From NCBI GenBank assembly GCA_964035545.1, contig OZ037768.1:22663319-22727318 (forward strand): a DNA stretch of 64,000 nt, given 5' to 3'. Source of the DNA: Bugula neritina (Eukaryota; Animalia; Bryozoa). The notes under the pieces were generated by a model, which searched no databases, was not told the DNA's origin, and saw only the letters and a list, made by a program, of their open reading frames with translations. Positions within the stretch are counted from its first letter, which is position 1. The number at the start of each line of letters is the position of its first letter. Made by a program: the position numbers and the translations under genes. Below are positions 28,754 to 41,500 of the stretch, in pieces.

Positions 28754-29560
28754 CACACATCAGAAATGTGCAAAATATGGTACAAATTCATAAGCCAGTG
28801 CAAAACAATGATGTTCAAAAGGGCAGCACTGCATATATTTTTAGATAAAACTTTTAACTACATTAGTTGCTGTAACTATAATGGTATTAGTATGAGTAAT
28901 ACTATATAAATTTCATTGTTTTTTATCTCACTATAAGCTTACCATTCCACATTTACTATGAGGAAATTTGACAACACACCAACACTTATTACAACGCAAA
29001 ATAAATTAAAAAATGATTTGAAAGAAAAAAATTAGTTAACATTCCTTTTCCTCAAAAGAATATTAATAGCTGCAAAAATACAACAAAGCCAAAAGCTGTA
29101 AAATGCCTCACTTGAAACATAAAACTTGAGAATAAATTACCAACTATAAAAGTATATAAAATTAAAGGCACACTGATTCATGCAATTTTCACAAGAGAGT
29201 AATCCTGTCTTCTAACAGCAACTTCTAAAGTAGTTGAATGGTACCGCATTATAAGACCAACACTCTATTAAAGGTCTTCCACCTCTCTTACTAGTATTCT
29301 ACTATTAGGAAGCTTGAATAGTATACGAAGGCAAATGACTGCTTTATATGTAAAATACCTTTTTAAGGCGAACTTGTCTCTCTACGATGTATAATGTAAT
29401 TATACATTATGGAGAATCAAGCCAAGCTTTCTAATAACACACAAATGTAACGGAAGACATCTAAGGCAAACAGAAAACACTGAAGGACAAACTGCAAAAA
29501 ATATTTCCATTAACTTAAACTCTATTAAATCACTCTGTACATTAGCTGCAGGCACAGCTG

Positions 29561-32500
29561 TTACGTTTCAGTATCGATGCTTTGTATCACAGCACGGATT
29601 CGTCTCTCTATTTCCAGTATTATTTCATCTTCAGTGTTGAACACACCAGTTCTAAGTAGGCCATCTCTCTCTTCCTGCAGTCTTTTCAGTTGCTCCTCCA
29701 AAGCTGGGTTTATTCGGCTTGTGCTGACAGCTACCGAAGTTGTCTTCTCTTTTAGGGAAACTTCACTTTCACTCTTCTCTTTTTGCTGTCTGCAATATGC
29801 ACATACACCAATGGTATGTCTAGTTCAAACCTTTTTTGAAAACATTTTATAATTTATATATTATACTATCTTATTACAGTACATATAATTATAAATATAT
29901 CACACTGTCTATAGGTATATTAAACTACATAGAAATTAGAAATATAATATTACACTGTCTATAGGTATATTAAACTACATAGATGTATATTACACCAACT
30001 ATAAGCGTAATAGACACTGTTCACAAGTATATTACATCAAGAGACTGTCTATAAGCAAATATTGAAAATATATTCAGCAGTAGTAGCAACTATTCTAAAA
30101 AGTTGTAAATGGATTGGTTAAAAAAACAGCTGTAGAATTTTCACAAAGACTATAAAAAGTCTGTCACAACAAAACGGATCTTCTAGTAGACGGGGGGGGG
30201 CTCCTAGTACTAAATAAGGCAGTGGATACTTTAAGAGTTTCACTTGAGACTAGAACAATTAACTGAGCAAACTCAGTGCCAAGTCACACATTATTCAGGT
30301 GACTGGTTAGCAAAGGACCTGAGACCACCTCAGGTGTTATCCGATATCACCTCAGGTGTTATCTGACGATAACTACTTAGAGTTGCCAAAATTTAATTGT
30401 CCATGTAAAGTTAGTGCTTCACACATGCCCCACCACGTACAAGACACACTGCATACATGTATAACCACACACATATAGACACACTATATACATGGATAAC
30501 CATACACATATAGACACACCGTACATACCACGCCAACAGCCACATCAGTTTGGATATTTTGAGGTCTTTTATGGTACTTTTATATCATTATACAATATAG
30601 GGTTTCAGATTTAAGGATTTCACTTCACAGAAAAACACTTTCATCGTGTAAATAAATCACTTGATATAGAGGCAAATGTGTTCTATGAATGCATTACGTA
30701 AGAGAAATGCTACTTCAATCACATTCTTTTACCAACATTTTAGTCTTTCTTTAGTATGCAAAATGTTGTGGTGGCTAAAATCTAAACTTGCATCAAATTT
30801 TCAGGTGATAAATGAAGTGGCTAAGAATATACAACCCACAATGCATTATTACCTACCAGTTCCTTTCCCACAATGCATTATTACTTACCAGTTCCTTTCC
30901 CACAATGCATTATTACCTACCAGTTCCTTTCCCACAATGCATTATTACCTACCAGTTTCTTTCCCACAATGCATTATTACCTACCAGTTCATTTCCCACA
31001 ATGTATTATTACCTACCAGTTCCTTTCCCACAATGCATTATTATCCACCAATTCATTTCCCACAATGCACTGTCACTCACCGATTTATCTCCTCCTTAAT
31101 ATCAGCCAATTCTCTTTTCTCTGATTTGATGATTTCTCGTTCTTCCGTAGCAAACAGCCTTTGTTTCATCAGCTCCAGCTCCTAGACGTGGGTAGAAAGG
31201 ACAGATTACAAGTTATCGCCTACTACCACTCTACAACTCACTGACTTATATATTAAAACATTTTCGAAAGCATATCACATGGCACTTTATTTGGCTCGCA
31301 CTGAATATATATCATTCATATATATTTTACAAAAGTTTAGCTGAAAATATGCATTTTTTGCCTAAAAACAACAAATTTTTAACAAATATATACAATCAAA
31401 TAGATATTATTCAAATTTTGTTATATTTTCTCAAATCTTTGTTAAATGATCAGCAAAAACCGCAGGCTTCAGTGATGATTCTTGTACACTGTTACTAAAC
31501 TGTACTCATTATCAAAAATTCTCCATTAAAAATAGTTTTTGTGAATTGCATTTTATAAACTACAAATACTACAGCTTCTAATATTTCCAATGAAATACAA
31601 ACTATACCAATGTTTTCATCTAATACGATATAAGCCAAATAGCTTTCAACAATAGTTGGTCTTGTTTGTATGACTGCATTTTGGTAGAAATCAGAACTTT
31701 ACTGTTAGAGGACTATCTTTTCCTCTTTTTTCTTATACACATTTGAAATCAAGACATGAAATTGCCGTAAATAGTAAATTTTCACAAACTTTGAAACAAT
31801 TTCACTTATTGGTCCAAATTTGCTAGCGTGTACTAAATAAAATAAAACTATCTTTAAAGTTTTTAGTAGGAAAGATTAGAATGTTTTACAATGAAAATGG
31901 GAAAAGAAAATATTTAAATTATCTATTTTATGCTAATATGATATAATATACATCAGTACAAACTATAACATGGTCTTGGGAACCTTCAGTTTGGCCACGT
32001 TACATAGACAAAGCTATTGAATATGGTAGCATTCTCTGCATATCATTAATTTAGTCCTCAGTAGTGCTACTATATACCATCATCATAATAATATAGTAAA
32101 AAACATCAAGCGCCATGTACAGCTACTGATGTGATTTGAGCATAAATATGGGGTACGCTATTAACCTGCCCTCACTGATTAGACAAAAACCAAAGCTAGG
32201 CTGATGGAACAGGTGTTAATTGAAGCATGGACAAGTTGGAATTAATTTATTTGAATATTCGACACAAGAGGGTTCCAGTAGACACAGCGCATCGTTGGAT
32301 AGTTCAGCAGTAAATGGGATAGTAGACAGTCAGTATCATCAGGTGAAACAAAGGTAAGCCTTGGATTACACAATTTGTATAGTTGGTCACTTTTCCTTCT
32401 CTGCGTGTAATTCTTGGCTGAATCCATGAATTGTTTTAACATTTATAATTAGATTAACGATTTCATGACTCAAAGATATTTCTTAGAATAGTATTTTGAG

Positions 32501-35500
32501 AGAGTTTTATTGGCATTGGTCTATACTAATAGCTTGGGATCCTAAAACTTAGTGGAGAGTTGGTCACAGGCTACAGAATAACTCGAGACTCAATTAACTT
32601 CTTCCTTAATTTCAAGGTTTTATTTTAAGAGTAGATTTGAAATAAAATAATGCTAAATTATTTTATCTAGTCATTGTTATGCAAGTAGCAAGAGGATGGG
32701 TGGACACACAGGGTCCCAGTAAATTTCCAAATTTGTTTCTACAGTTTACAACATAGAGTAAAATCTACCTGCTAGCAAAACTATAACAGTTTTCCCTTTA
32801 AGCTTCTCACTTAATCTTTGATTCATTTTGACACATTCTAATACTTGACAAACTTTTGTGAAAAAAAAATGATTAATACATTTCTTTTGAGAAGGAATAT
32901 TTATTTGGTGTACTATGGCTGAGTAGTTAACCAAACAGCCTAAAGAGTGTTTTAATATTTTGATTATTATCGAAATGATGTAAGCAATATCCAATCTTGA
33001 AGAAGTTGTCCTACCTGTATTTGTTTCTGAGCAAACTTTTTAGCTTCTTCATCTGAGGACTCTTTAAGTTTTGCGTTCTCCTTGAGAGCCCGCCCCCACT
33101 GCTGCTTGTAGTGGGCTTTGGATTTGTTGCTAGCTTCCAACCTTCTTTCCAACTCAACCTGAAAAATTATCAACTATAGACTTTGGGAGTGAGTGTTAGG
33201 GGTGGTTGTAGAGTAGTAAGAATATTAAACAGGTCTGTCTAACACCATTTCTTTTACTAAAACATCCTCAAAACATATTTAAGAGGTTACACTCTGGAGA
33301 TGATAACAAAACATAGCAGTGAATTTTCTTTATTGAATTAGACAAACACAATTATTTATTATAAATAGTGTTTCCATTACTTTTAGTTACAATCAAGCTA
33401 TTGGCCCATACAACTTAAGTAAAGACTGCTTATTAACTAGTTGATAAAGGTGGTAATGACTTAAGGCTATGCTGGTAAAAACACAAAAAACTTAAATGCC
33501 CATTAAAATGCAAGTTACGGTTCATAACTCATTCCAGAACACCATGTGATGAAAATATCAAATTGCTTTGTGACACGCATACCAACGGGAAATAATATAT
33601 TTAAATTATTCATATTGCAATCGGTCACACTTAGAATATTGGCCTTGTAGATCAGGTTTTTGCTAACATTTTAGGTTTTTATAAATCTCACGTCATCATC
33701 TAAAACTTGAAATATGACAGCAGATTGAGTTTTAAATATACTAGCTTATTTATTAGAGTTAACTCCACCTAAGTCGAACCAAATAATATTAATGTCACAT
33801 TCTACGCTAATAAATCAAGATTTTATATATTAAGCACAAACACTAACGTCATGCATGCAGTTCCAGCCATTACAGAAATTACTATCCAGTATTTACAAAA
33901 CTGTTGGGAGTGATTTTAATTTTCCGAAATACTTTGAACATACTTGCTTTGATTATAGTTCTTTTGAGTATATTTGAGAGGAAAGACTACAAGGTCATTA
34001 ACCTTAATCTAGACCGAACACAGAGTCATTTTATGTTTGTGTAAGTTACTTTTGCTGAGAAACTAACTTATTGTTTTCACTGCGAGTACTTTTTAAAACC
34101 ATCTGATAAAAATAGACTAAAGGAGAATTCGATTAAAATCCATACACACATTATTTATTCCCAATTATCTAAGCATAATATCCTTATGATTATGTGACAG
34201 AGTCGCAAATAGATTCTTACAAATCTGTAGCATGTTAAGATTACTTCCTCCTAGTGTCTCCTAATCTATGTTGTAGATCAACTATTGGTGAGATTTTTTA
34301 TGAAGTTAATCTATCGGTAGTTGTGATACTAATGGAAACTAATGACTAGAGGTATAATCTAATTTCTAGATGGTAGCTGTAGCAAATAATCAGTCTTACT
34401 AGATTATTTATGCAAATATGATTCATCTTGTGTATTCTAATACGTCTACATTTTTATTTAATGTACAATACTAAGAATTTTAATATACGCAAAAAGCAAA
34501 ATTTAATTTTATTTGAATTCTTTGTAATTTCGCATTTTGAACTTGTATCTTCAGTAGAACAGATGAAACTGCAAAGTATCAAAAAATAAAGACGACCACA
34601 CAAAGTGTCTTTATCTTCTGAATATCTGGTTTTTTTTAGAGCTGTAGCAAAATCAACTTCAGAAATTTCATGTAAGCTGTCCATTCCAGAGTCAAGTATA
34701 ATGACCAGAGTTGAGTACACCATCTTTTAGATACAGTCAACTCTGTTAAGCATGGCTTACAAAGATTCCCCAGATTGAAAAGATTTTCTAAATGGCACAA
34801 CACTGACAAAATGACTCTAATCTCTGATACTTCAACTGCCAACGTGTGAAAATATCAATTCACTACAATGGGTGTAAAACAGAAGTGTTCATAAGACATG
34901 TCAGAGAGCCAGAAACAAGACCACACCAGCTTTGCTGCATTCGGAACTGTCATGTCATTGCTGACACTTGGCGCCCTCGTGGGTAATATAATATGCTTCA
35001 GAATGACAAAAAGACTAATTAAGAGCAAGCCCTCGTTGGGCTTAGTTCTAAATCTCTGCATGTCAGATATCATAGTAGCGGCTGTTAGTTGGACAGCATT
35101 CATGGTGCAACACATAGCCTCAACGATAAACTTTGAAATCAATATCATGATTCATAAACTCTTCTGGGCAATCCTCGTAGGACTGGGAACAGCAACCTTG
35201 TTCACCCTCACTGGTTTATCTGCAGACTGTTTTGTGGCTCTGCGTTGGCCTTTACATTACAAGAACATTGCCACAACACGCAGTATCAACATCTACATAG
35301 CGGGGCTGTGGCTGTGTTCAATAATGACAGGTGCGGCAGACTTCATTGCTGCGCTGTCCAGAACAGAGCCAGGGTACCCATACGAAGAGGCCATCAGAGA
35401 GAGCATCACACTGACCGGTAAACACAGTAAAATTAGCAACATATTCCAGGGCTCAATAACAATGCTTGTCTCAAACATTATTAGTTTTATTTGCCTAGTA

Positions 35501-38500
35501 GTCATGATAGCCATGTACGGATACATCATAGCTAAAATTAGGCAAGTTAACTCTAGCCAAACGCTGCAGAAACAAGGGAAATACAAAAATGAGATACAGG
35601 CAGTTCAAACGACACTGATGATATTTGCCAGCTTTCTTCTCCTCTGGCTACCAACACTTGTAGTCAACATTATTTCAGCTGTTAAGCCTACTTTTCTCTC
35701 TCACTTGAGCTTTACAGAAGCCTCATTTATTGGCTACTCGGCAGACTGTCTGCTAATGGTACATTCAATGGTTGATGCCTTGATTTACGGGATTAGAGTG
35801 AGGAAGATGTTACAAAGACAGAGGCATAATAGAGAGCAGCAGGCAGACTATTCCAGGGCCTACACATTCAAACGCACCAACACAATCAGTGAAGCTGATA
35901 ATAGACCTTCTGAACTGGTACGTACATCTCACAAAAGTATATATGTATCGTTTTAGTTGAGTATCAAACTGGCCAAATTCAGGTCTTATCAATTCTTTAC
36001 AAATAGTGATATTTGGTTCTAATTCAGCCATAACACATATACCAAAAAAAGTTGTGTGATATCCATATACACATGACATTTATTGTATCAAATTTCAAGC
36101 TAAATGTTCATGAACGAAATAAAGAATTTATATACATTTTAGGATAAATACATGTTCCCTGAAAATGTATCTTGTAGAACAAAAACCAAGACGCTTCATC
36201 TGTCAGCAGCTATAATACGCAAGACTCCATACTTGATGGAAACAAGTATGATGATCATAGCAGTTCAATGACTCTGAAAATACCTGAGCTAGTAGTTACA
36301 ACTGCAGAGCAGTCCGCCACATGTTCTTACACCCACGCAGCCCACAGTAACGGCATCAGCAAGTCTAGCAGGAATCATGACAGAAAAGAGCAAACGATGA
36401 CTCTGGACTGCCTCGAATTGTCAACACTCAACAATGTTGAAGACAAACTACCACAAGAAGAAGAAACAGCACTATCAACTATTTATTATCTCCCCAGGTC
36501 TCTGCAAGAAACTGATGCTAGCGATACTCAAAGTGACTCCAACTCAAACATTTCCAACAGAGAGGTCTCAAATTCTGCCAATTATTTAGCAGTGCCAATC
36601 AACATGAAACCTTTGAGATCTTCATTAAAGAGACAAACAGAAAATGGTGATTATGCTGAAAAGGAAGTTAGATTTGGTAAAACCACTTCCACTGCCCAAA
36701 TCACAGATGAAATCTGCCAAGACAATGAAGCTTTAGACACAACTTGTACCTCAAAGTGGAATAAAACAGTCTTCAGCATTTCAAACTTTGAGCAAAACAT
36801 GTTTTATACAAAAGAAAACATCAGAACATATTTAAGCACTTCTGAGAACAAAGAAACTTTGCCGAATGGGAATCATTATTACTACTTTGACAACGAAGGG
36901 TACAGTGATGATGAAGCGGACATCTTTGTCTGTGATGATCTGGTGACATGTAAATTAAACAATTCTAGTAGTATTAGCCAACCACAATGTGATGTTGATT
37001 CTTCAGTGCCCTCTGGTAGAAGTACTGATTGTAAATCGAGTCAAAAGGAAACTTGGCAATGCACAAAGCTGTAAATATTTAGTTTTTTTTGCGAAATACT
37101 CACCAGCAATTGCTTTGATTTATGTACTACAATTACCCTTTAGTGACGAGCTATCAGGTATTAACCAAAAACTTGGTCAATATTACATATAAATTATTTT
37201 CCTTAAGACTTGCCAAATTCTTTAAATCTGAAAATTTTACATTGTAATACGTTGAGACTTTTACTTCACAGCTGCAGAATGTCGTAAAATGTACCAATGA
37301 CATTTGACAACTCATTGTTACTCAGCAATAGCGCAGTTATGTGCACCCATCCAAACTGAATTAATGAGCTGGTATAACAGTGCAGCTGACGCCTGCTGAG
37401 GCAATCAAATACAATTTTCAACTTACACAATATATAACCATTTTAAATTGTTACATAATTAAAACACACTTATTTCTTCAACACACAGTTCTTCATTCAA
37501 CACAAGTCATGCTGCTATAGCTGTATATATTTTTTGCTATTAATTACTTTGACATAGGAAATTACCAACAGGCTGAGATGCGTTTTGAAAGAGAAAATAA
37601 TATAAGAATATATCCAGAACACATAATGTCCGATGGTACAACATATGAGTATGAGAACAGTTCAAAGTTTTACGTGTCATCTCAGTACTTGCTTTCTCAA
37701 GTACAATGACTCACTCAGTACTTACTTTCTCAAGTACACTGACTCACTCAGTACTTACTTTCTCAAGTACACTGACTCACTCAGTACTTACTTTCTCAAG
37801 TACACTGACTCACTCAGTACTTACCTTCTCAAGTACACTGACTCACTCAGTACTTACCTTCTCAAGTACACTGACTCACTCAGTACTTACCTTCTCAAGT
37901 ACACTGACTCAGTACTTACCTTCTCAAGTACACTGACTGACTCAGTACTTGCTTTCTCAAGTACACTGACTCACTCAGTACTTACCTTCTCAAGTACACT
38001 GACTCACTCAGTACTTGCTTTCTCAAGTACACTGACTCACTCAGTACTTACCTTCTCAAGTACACTGACTCAGTACTTACTTTCTCAAGTACACTGACTC
38101 ACTCAGTACTTACCTTCTCAAGTGTCAACAAGTTGATTTCAGACTGCAGTTTCACCTCAGGTCTGTTTCCCTGCTGCTCTTTATACGATGTGAATTCTTT
38201 CTCCAGGTCTTGGTGCTTGGCAGCGGCTGACTCTAGCTACAAACATATATTATTATTTACTATATTACTATATAATATAACATATTATTATACATTATAT
38301 TATGATATTACTATATGTTATATACTATAGTACTATATATTATATTATATAATATATAATTATTTCTATCATACTATAGATTATATTACATTATATTATA
38401 TACTACATTATTATGATACATTATATTAATACACTATATTATTATATAATATATTGCACTACTATATATTAAATTATTGTATATTATGCCATTATGTATT

Positions 38501-41500
38501 ATACCTATATATTATATTATTATATATTATGTTGCATTATTATTATATTCTACTATATCATTATATTATTATATAATGATAATTTGACCTAAACATACTG
38601 AACTGTAGCACTGCTCTGTGTAAATAAAACACACAAGCTATCAAATTTACTCCAAAGAAGCAAAGAATTACCTCAGCCTTGAGCCTGGCTTTCTGTTCCT
38701 CGCAATCTTCTAGTTTAGACCTAAAATCACAGATACAAGTGATACAGCATCAATCTACAGCTGGAATATCAATCTGCAGCTAGAACATGGCTGTGTTTGT
38801 CAGCAAAATAGAACCTCCAGATGTTTCTTGTTTAGATATCACATAGCAAGTTGACCTTGTAAAGAAAACCTTCAATATTTAAAGATAGTCATTGAGAGTT
38901 TGCTTATCTCAAAACGGCTGTAAATAGAGGCTATGGAAACTTAGAGAGAAGATAACCACCAACATACTTGGATAGACTGAGTTTGTGTTCACATTCCTGC
39001 TCCAATCTACGAGAGCTCTCCTTCAAGTCCAACAACTTTCTATCATATGAGTGTCTCAGATCTGCTTCAAGTTGCTGGATCTAAACATACAAAGAGCAGA
39101 CGTACTCCATGATATTGTAATATATACTATCATATATTACACTAATAGGTATTAACCATATAGAATCATATATTATATAGTAATATAACATACATTATAG
39201 CCAATAGTAATATCTCTTAGAGTAATATGTCATATAATAATATATCAGGTGGTTGGGCTGGCAGTATAGCATATATTATAATATAGTAACATCTACATAG
39301 TAATATATATTATAGTATTATAGAATGGAGTGATACATATAACATGTAGTATATTTAGATTATCACATATAGATATGTTTAAATACATGGACAGTTGAAT
39401 TGTCATCAACTACATAACAATTTCTTAGTTCTATAACAATACTATCTAATTATAGTGTTGATCAGCCACACCGGAGTAAGTAAAGGCACTACTATCTACA
39501 GACTACTATAGCTGTGTGTCAGCTAGTAACAGACAGGGGGGAGGGGGATGGCGTACCTCACGCTCTTTCTTGAGTAACAAATTCTCTCTTTTAGTCAGCT
39601 GCTGAATCATCTTCTGCAGCTCTTGCTGCATACTTTCATTCTCTCCCACCTGGATACACGGAGAGAAGGAAACCCATCAGAGTGTACTGAATAGATACAA
39701 TGTCTGGGAAACACCAACCAACAACACACCTGTTGTTATTCTTCTACTGACTCAACTTAATATGATACTAGAGGTGCCACGATAACGGACAGCAGTACCA
39801 TGACAGCTCTACCTCTACCCACAGTTACTTGTGACTAATAATAAGACCACCAGATGTGAGTTGTTCTCTCGTGCTACAGCTTGTTTTTGGGAGTTGTGGC
39901 CACGAAAAAAACTTTTTTGCAGATTACACTTGGGTCAAAAGTACAATGGATTATACCCTGCACATATTTTCTACTGACTAATCTTCAATCTAGGTGTTTT
40001 TATCACATGAAACAATTATTAAACTGGTAATGATTTCTGTCCTTCGAAGATCGAAAACAAAATAAGTCTGAAAAACATGCCACTGTCCTACGTATGAACA
40101 TTATTTCAGAATGACTCACTTCCCAGCACCAAATAGCACAGCTACATTTATAAATAACTTCTGAATCTATTTATAAACCATGCATACCTTCTTCTTGCAC
40201 AGTAATTCTCTCTCCATGTCTCTCTTCCTAAAGTCCTCAGTCAATTTGAGTAGCATTCGACTTTCTTTTTCTTTTAACTTCATAAGAATTCAAAATATAA
40301 GCGACTCCATACACAATTCTTTATGTATGATTTACACATCAAACACATCACAACTTCTTTGTAAGAAACTAAATTGTGCTTGAAAAGTTATTTTGATGAG
40401 TCACGCTGGTTTTTATCAGCCATTATTAAGTTTCTACGTATAAACCTATAAATCTATGTAAAACATACACAATAAATTGGAATAACTATTTGAAAAAAGT
40501 GAGGGAGACTTTCTCATATTTGATTTTTATATCTAGCCCTTTGCTCCACTTTTATGATGGTTCCTTAATGACTAGTTCAACACTAAATAAACATCTCTCA
40601 ACAAGAACTCAGTCTATGAAACACCCAATCAGCTCAAAGGTACTCCAAAAAGCACCGTAAGCCTACCTGCTGCTCAAATATCTTTTCTTGAGACTCTTTC
40701 CACATCTCTAGCTCGAGGGCTGCACGATACTCGGGGGTCTTGGTCGGGCTGGTAACAGAAGCCCCCGACACTTCAGGCTCTTGTGGAGACTGAGCCTTTT
40801 CTATGACTAGATTAGCTGGAAGCTCGCCAAAATCAGACAAGCAGAGCGTAGCTGAGAGCTCAGCTATTCTCCTAGAAGTAGAGGAACAGACTGCCTCACT
40901 TAAGGTGAAGGTTTTCTATCACCTCGAGCTGATTACATGACTAGAACAACTGACTTTTACTAAATCTACCTTACACATGGGAATCGAAAAAACATATTCC
41001 ATGATACAGAACCATTAGTGTCTTATGCATACCTTAACTACAATTTATTTAGATTTGTCTTCCTACGCAATGTAGAAATACTGCGTTGGTTGGAATCAGT
41101 AAATCTTAGATAAGCCACTTACTGATTATCACTCGAGTTGACTGGTAACATGTGTGTCTGGATTCGCTGGTGTGCCGGCTTGTTGTGTAGCTACAACAGA
41201 AGATGGTTATGGTTAATACTTTCACTAGAAATCATGTCACAAGGAACACACAATGTTCCAAATAATTCCAGAACCTTCCAGAAGGTTCTGGAAGGTTCTA
41301 GATTGCTCCACAAGGTAATACAGTAGAAGGAAAGAGACCTCTCACCTTGACAGAGTGACAGGCCGAGGAGAGAAGTTTGAGGAGAGGTAGAGTTGCCTGC
41401 CCCATGTACTTGTTGCCAGCCATCTGGTCGTATTGCCAGAGTTCCACGTTAAACGGATTTCTACAAACACAAGAAACTGTTACAGGAAACAAGGGGAGAC

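Noticed and set aside
28479-28848. Two 93-aa ORFs on opposite strands
   Set aside because: They overlap the tRNA-Ser gene and are incidental.
30676-31185. 169-aa and overlapping plus-strand ORFs
   Set aside because: They are translations of the 32-bp minisatellite plus the antisense of a CEP120 exon.
32242-32442. 66-aa ORF and a plus-strand donor AAG|GTAAGC (~32353) as a possible upstream exon of the nested GPCR
   Set aside because: Only a splice-like motif supports it; it cannot be linked without transcripts.
37633-38097. 154-aa repetitive ORF ([11 protein letters not shown])n
   Set aside because: Product of the 33-bp repeat, with no other coding evidence.
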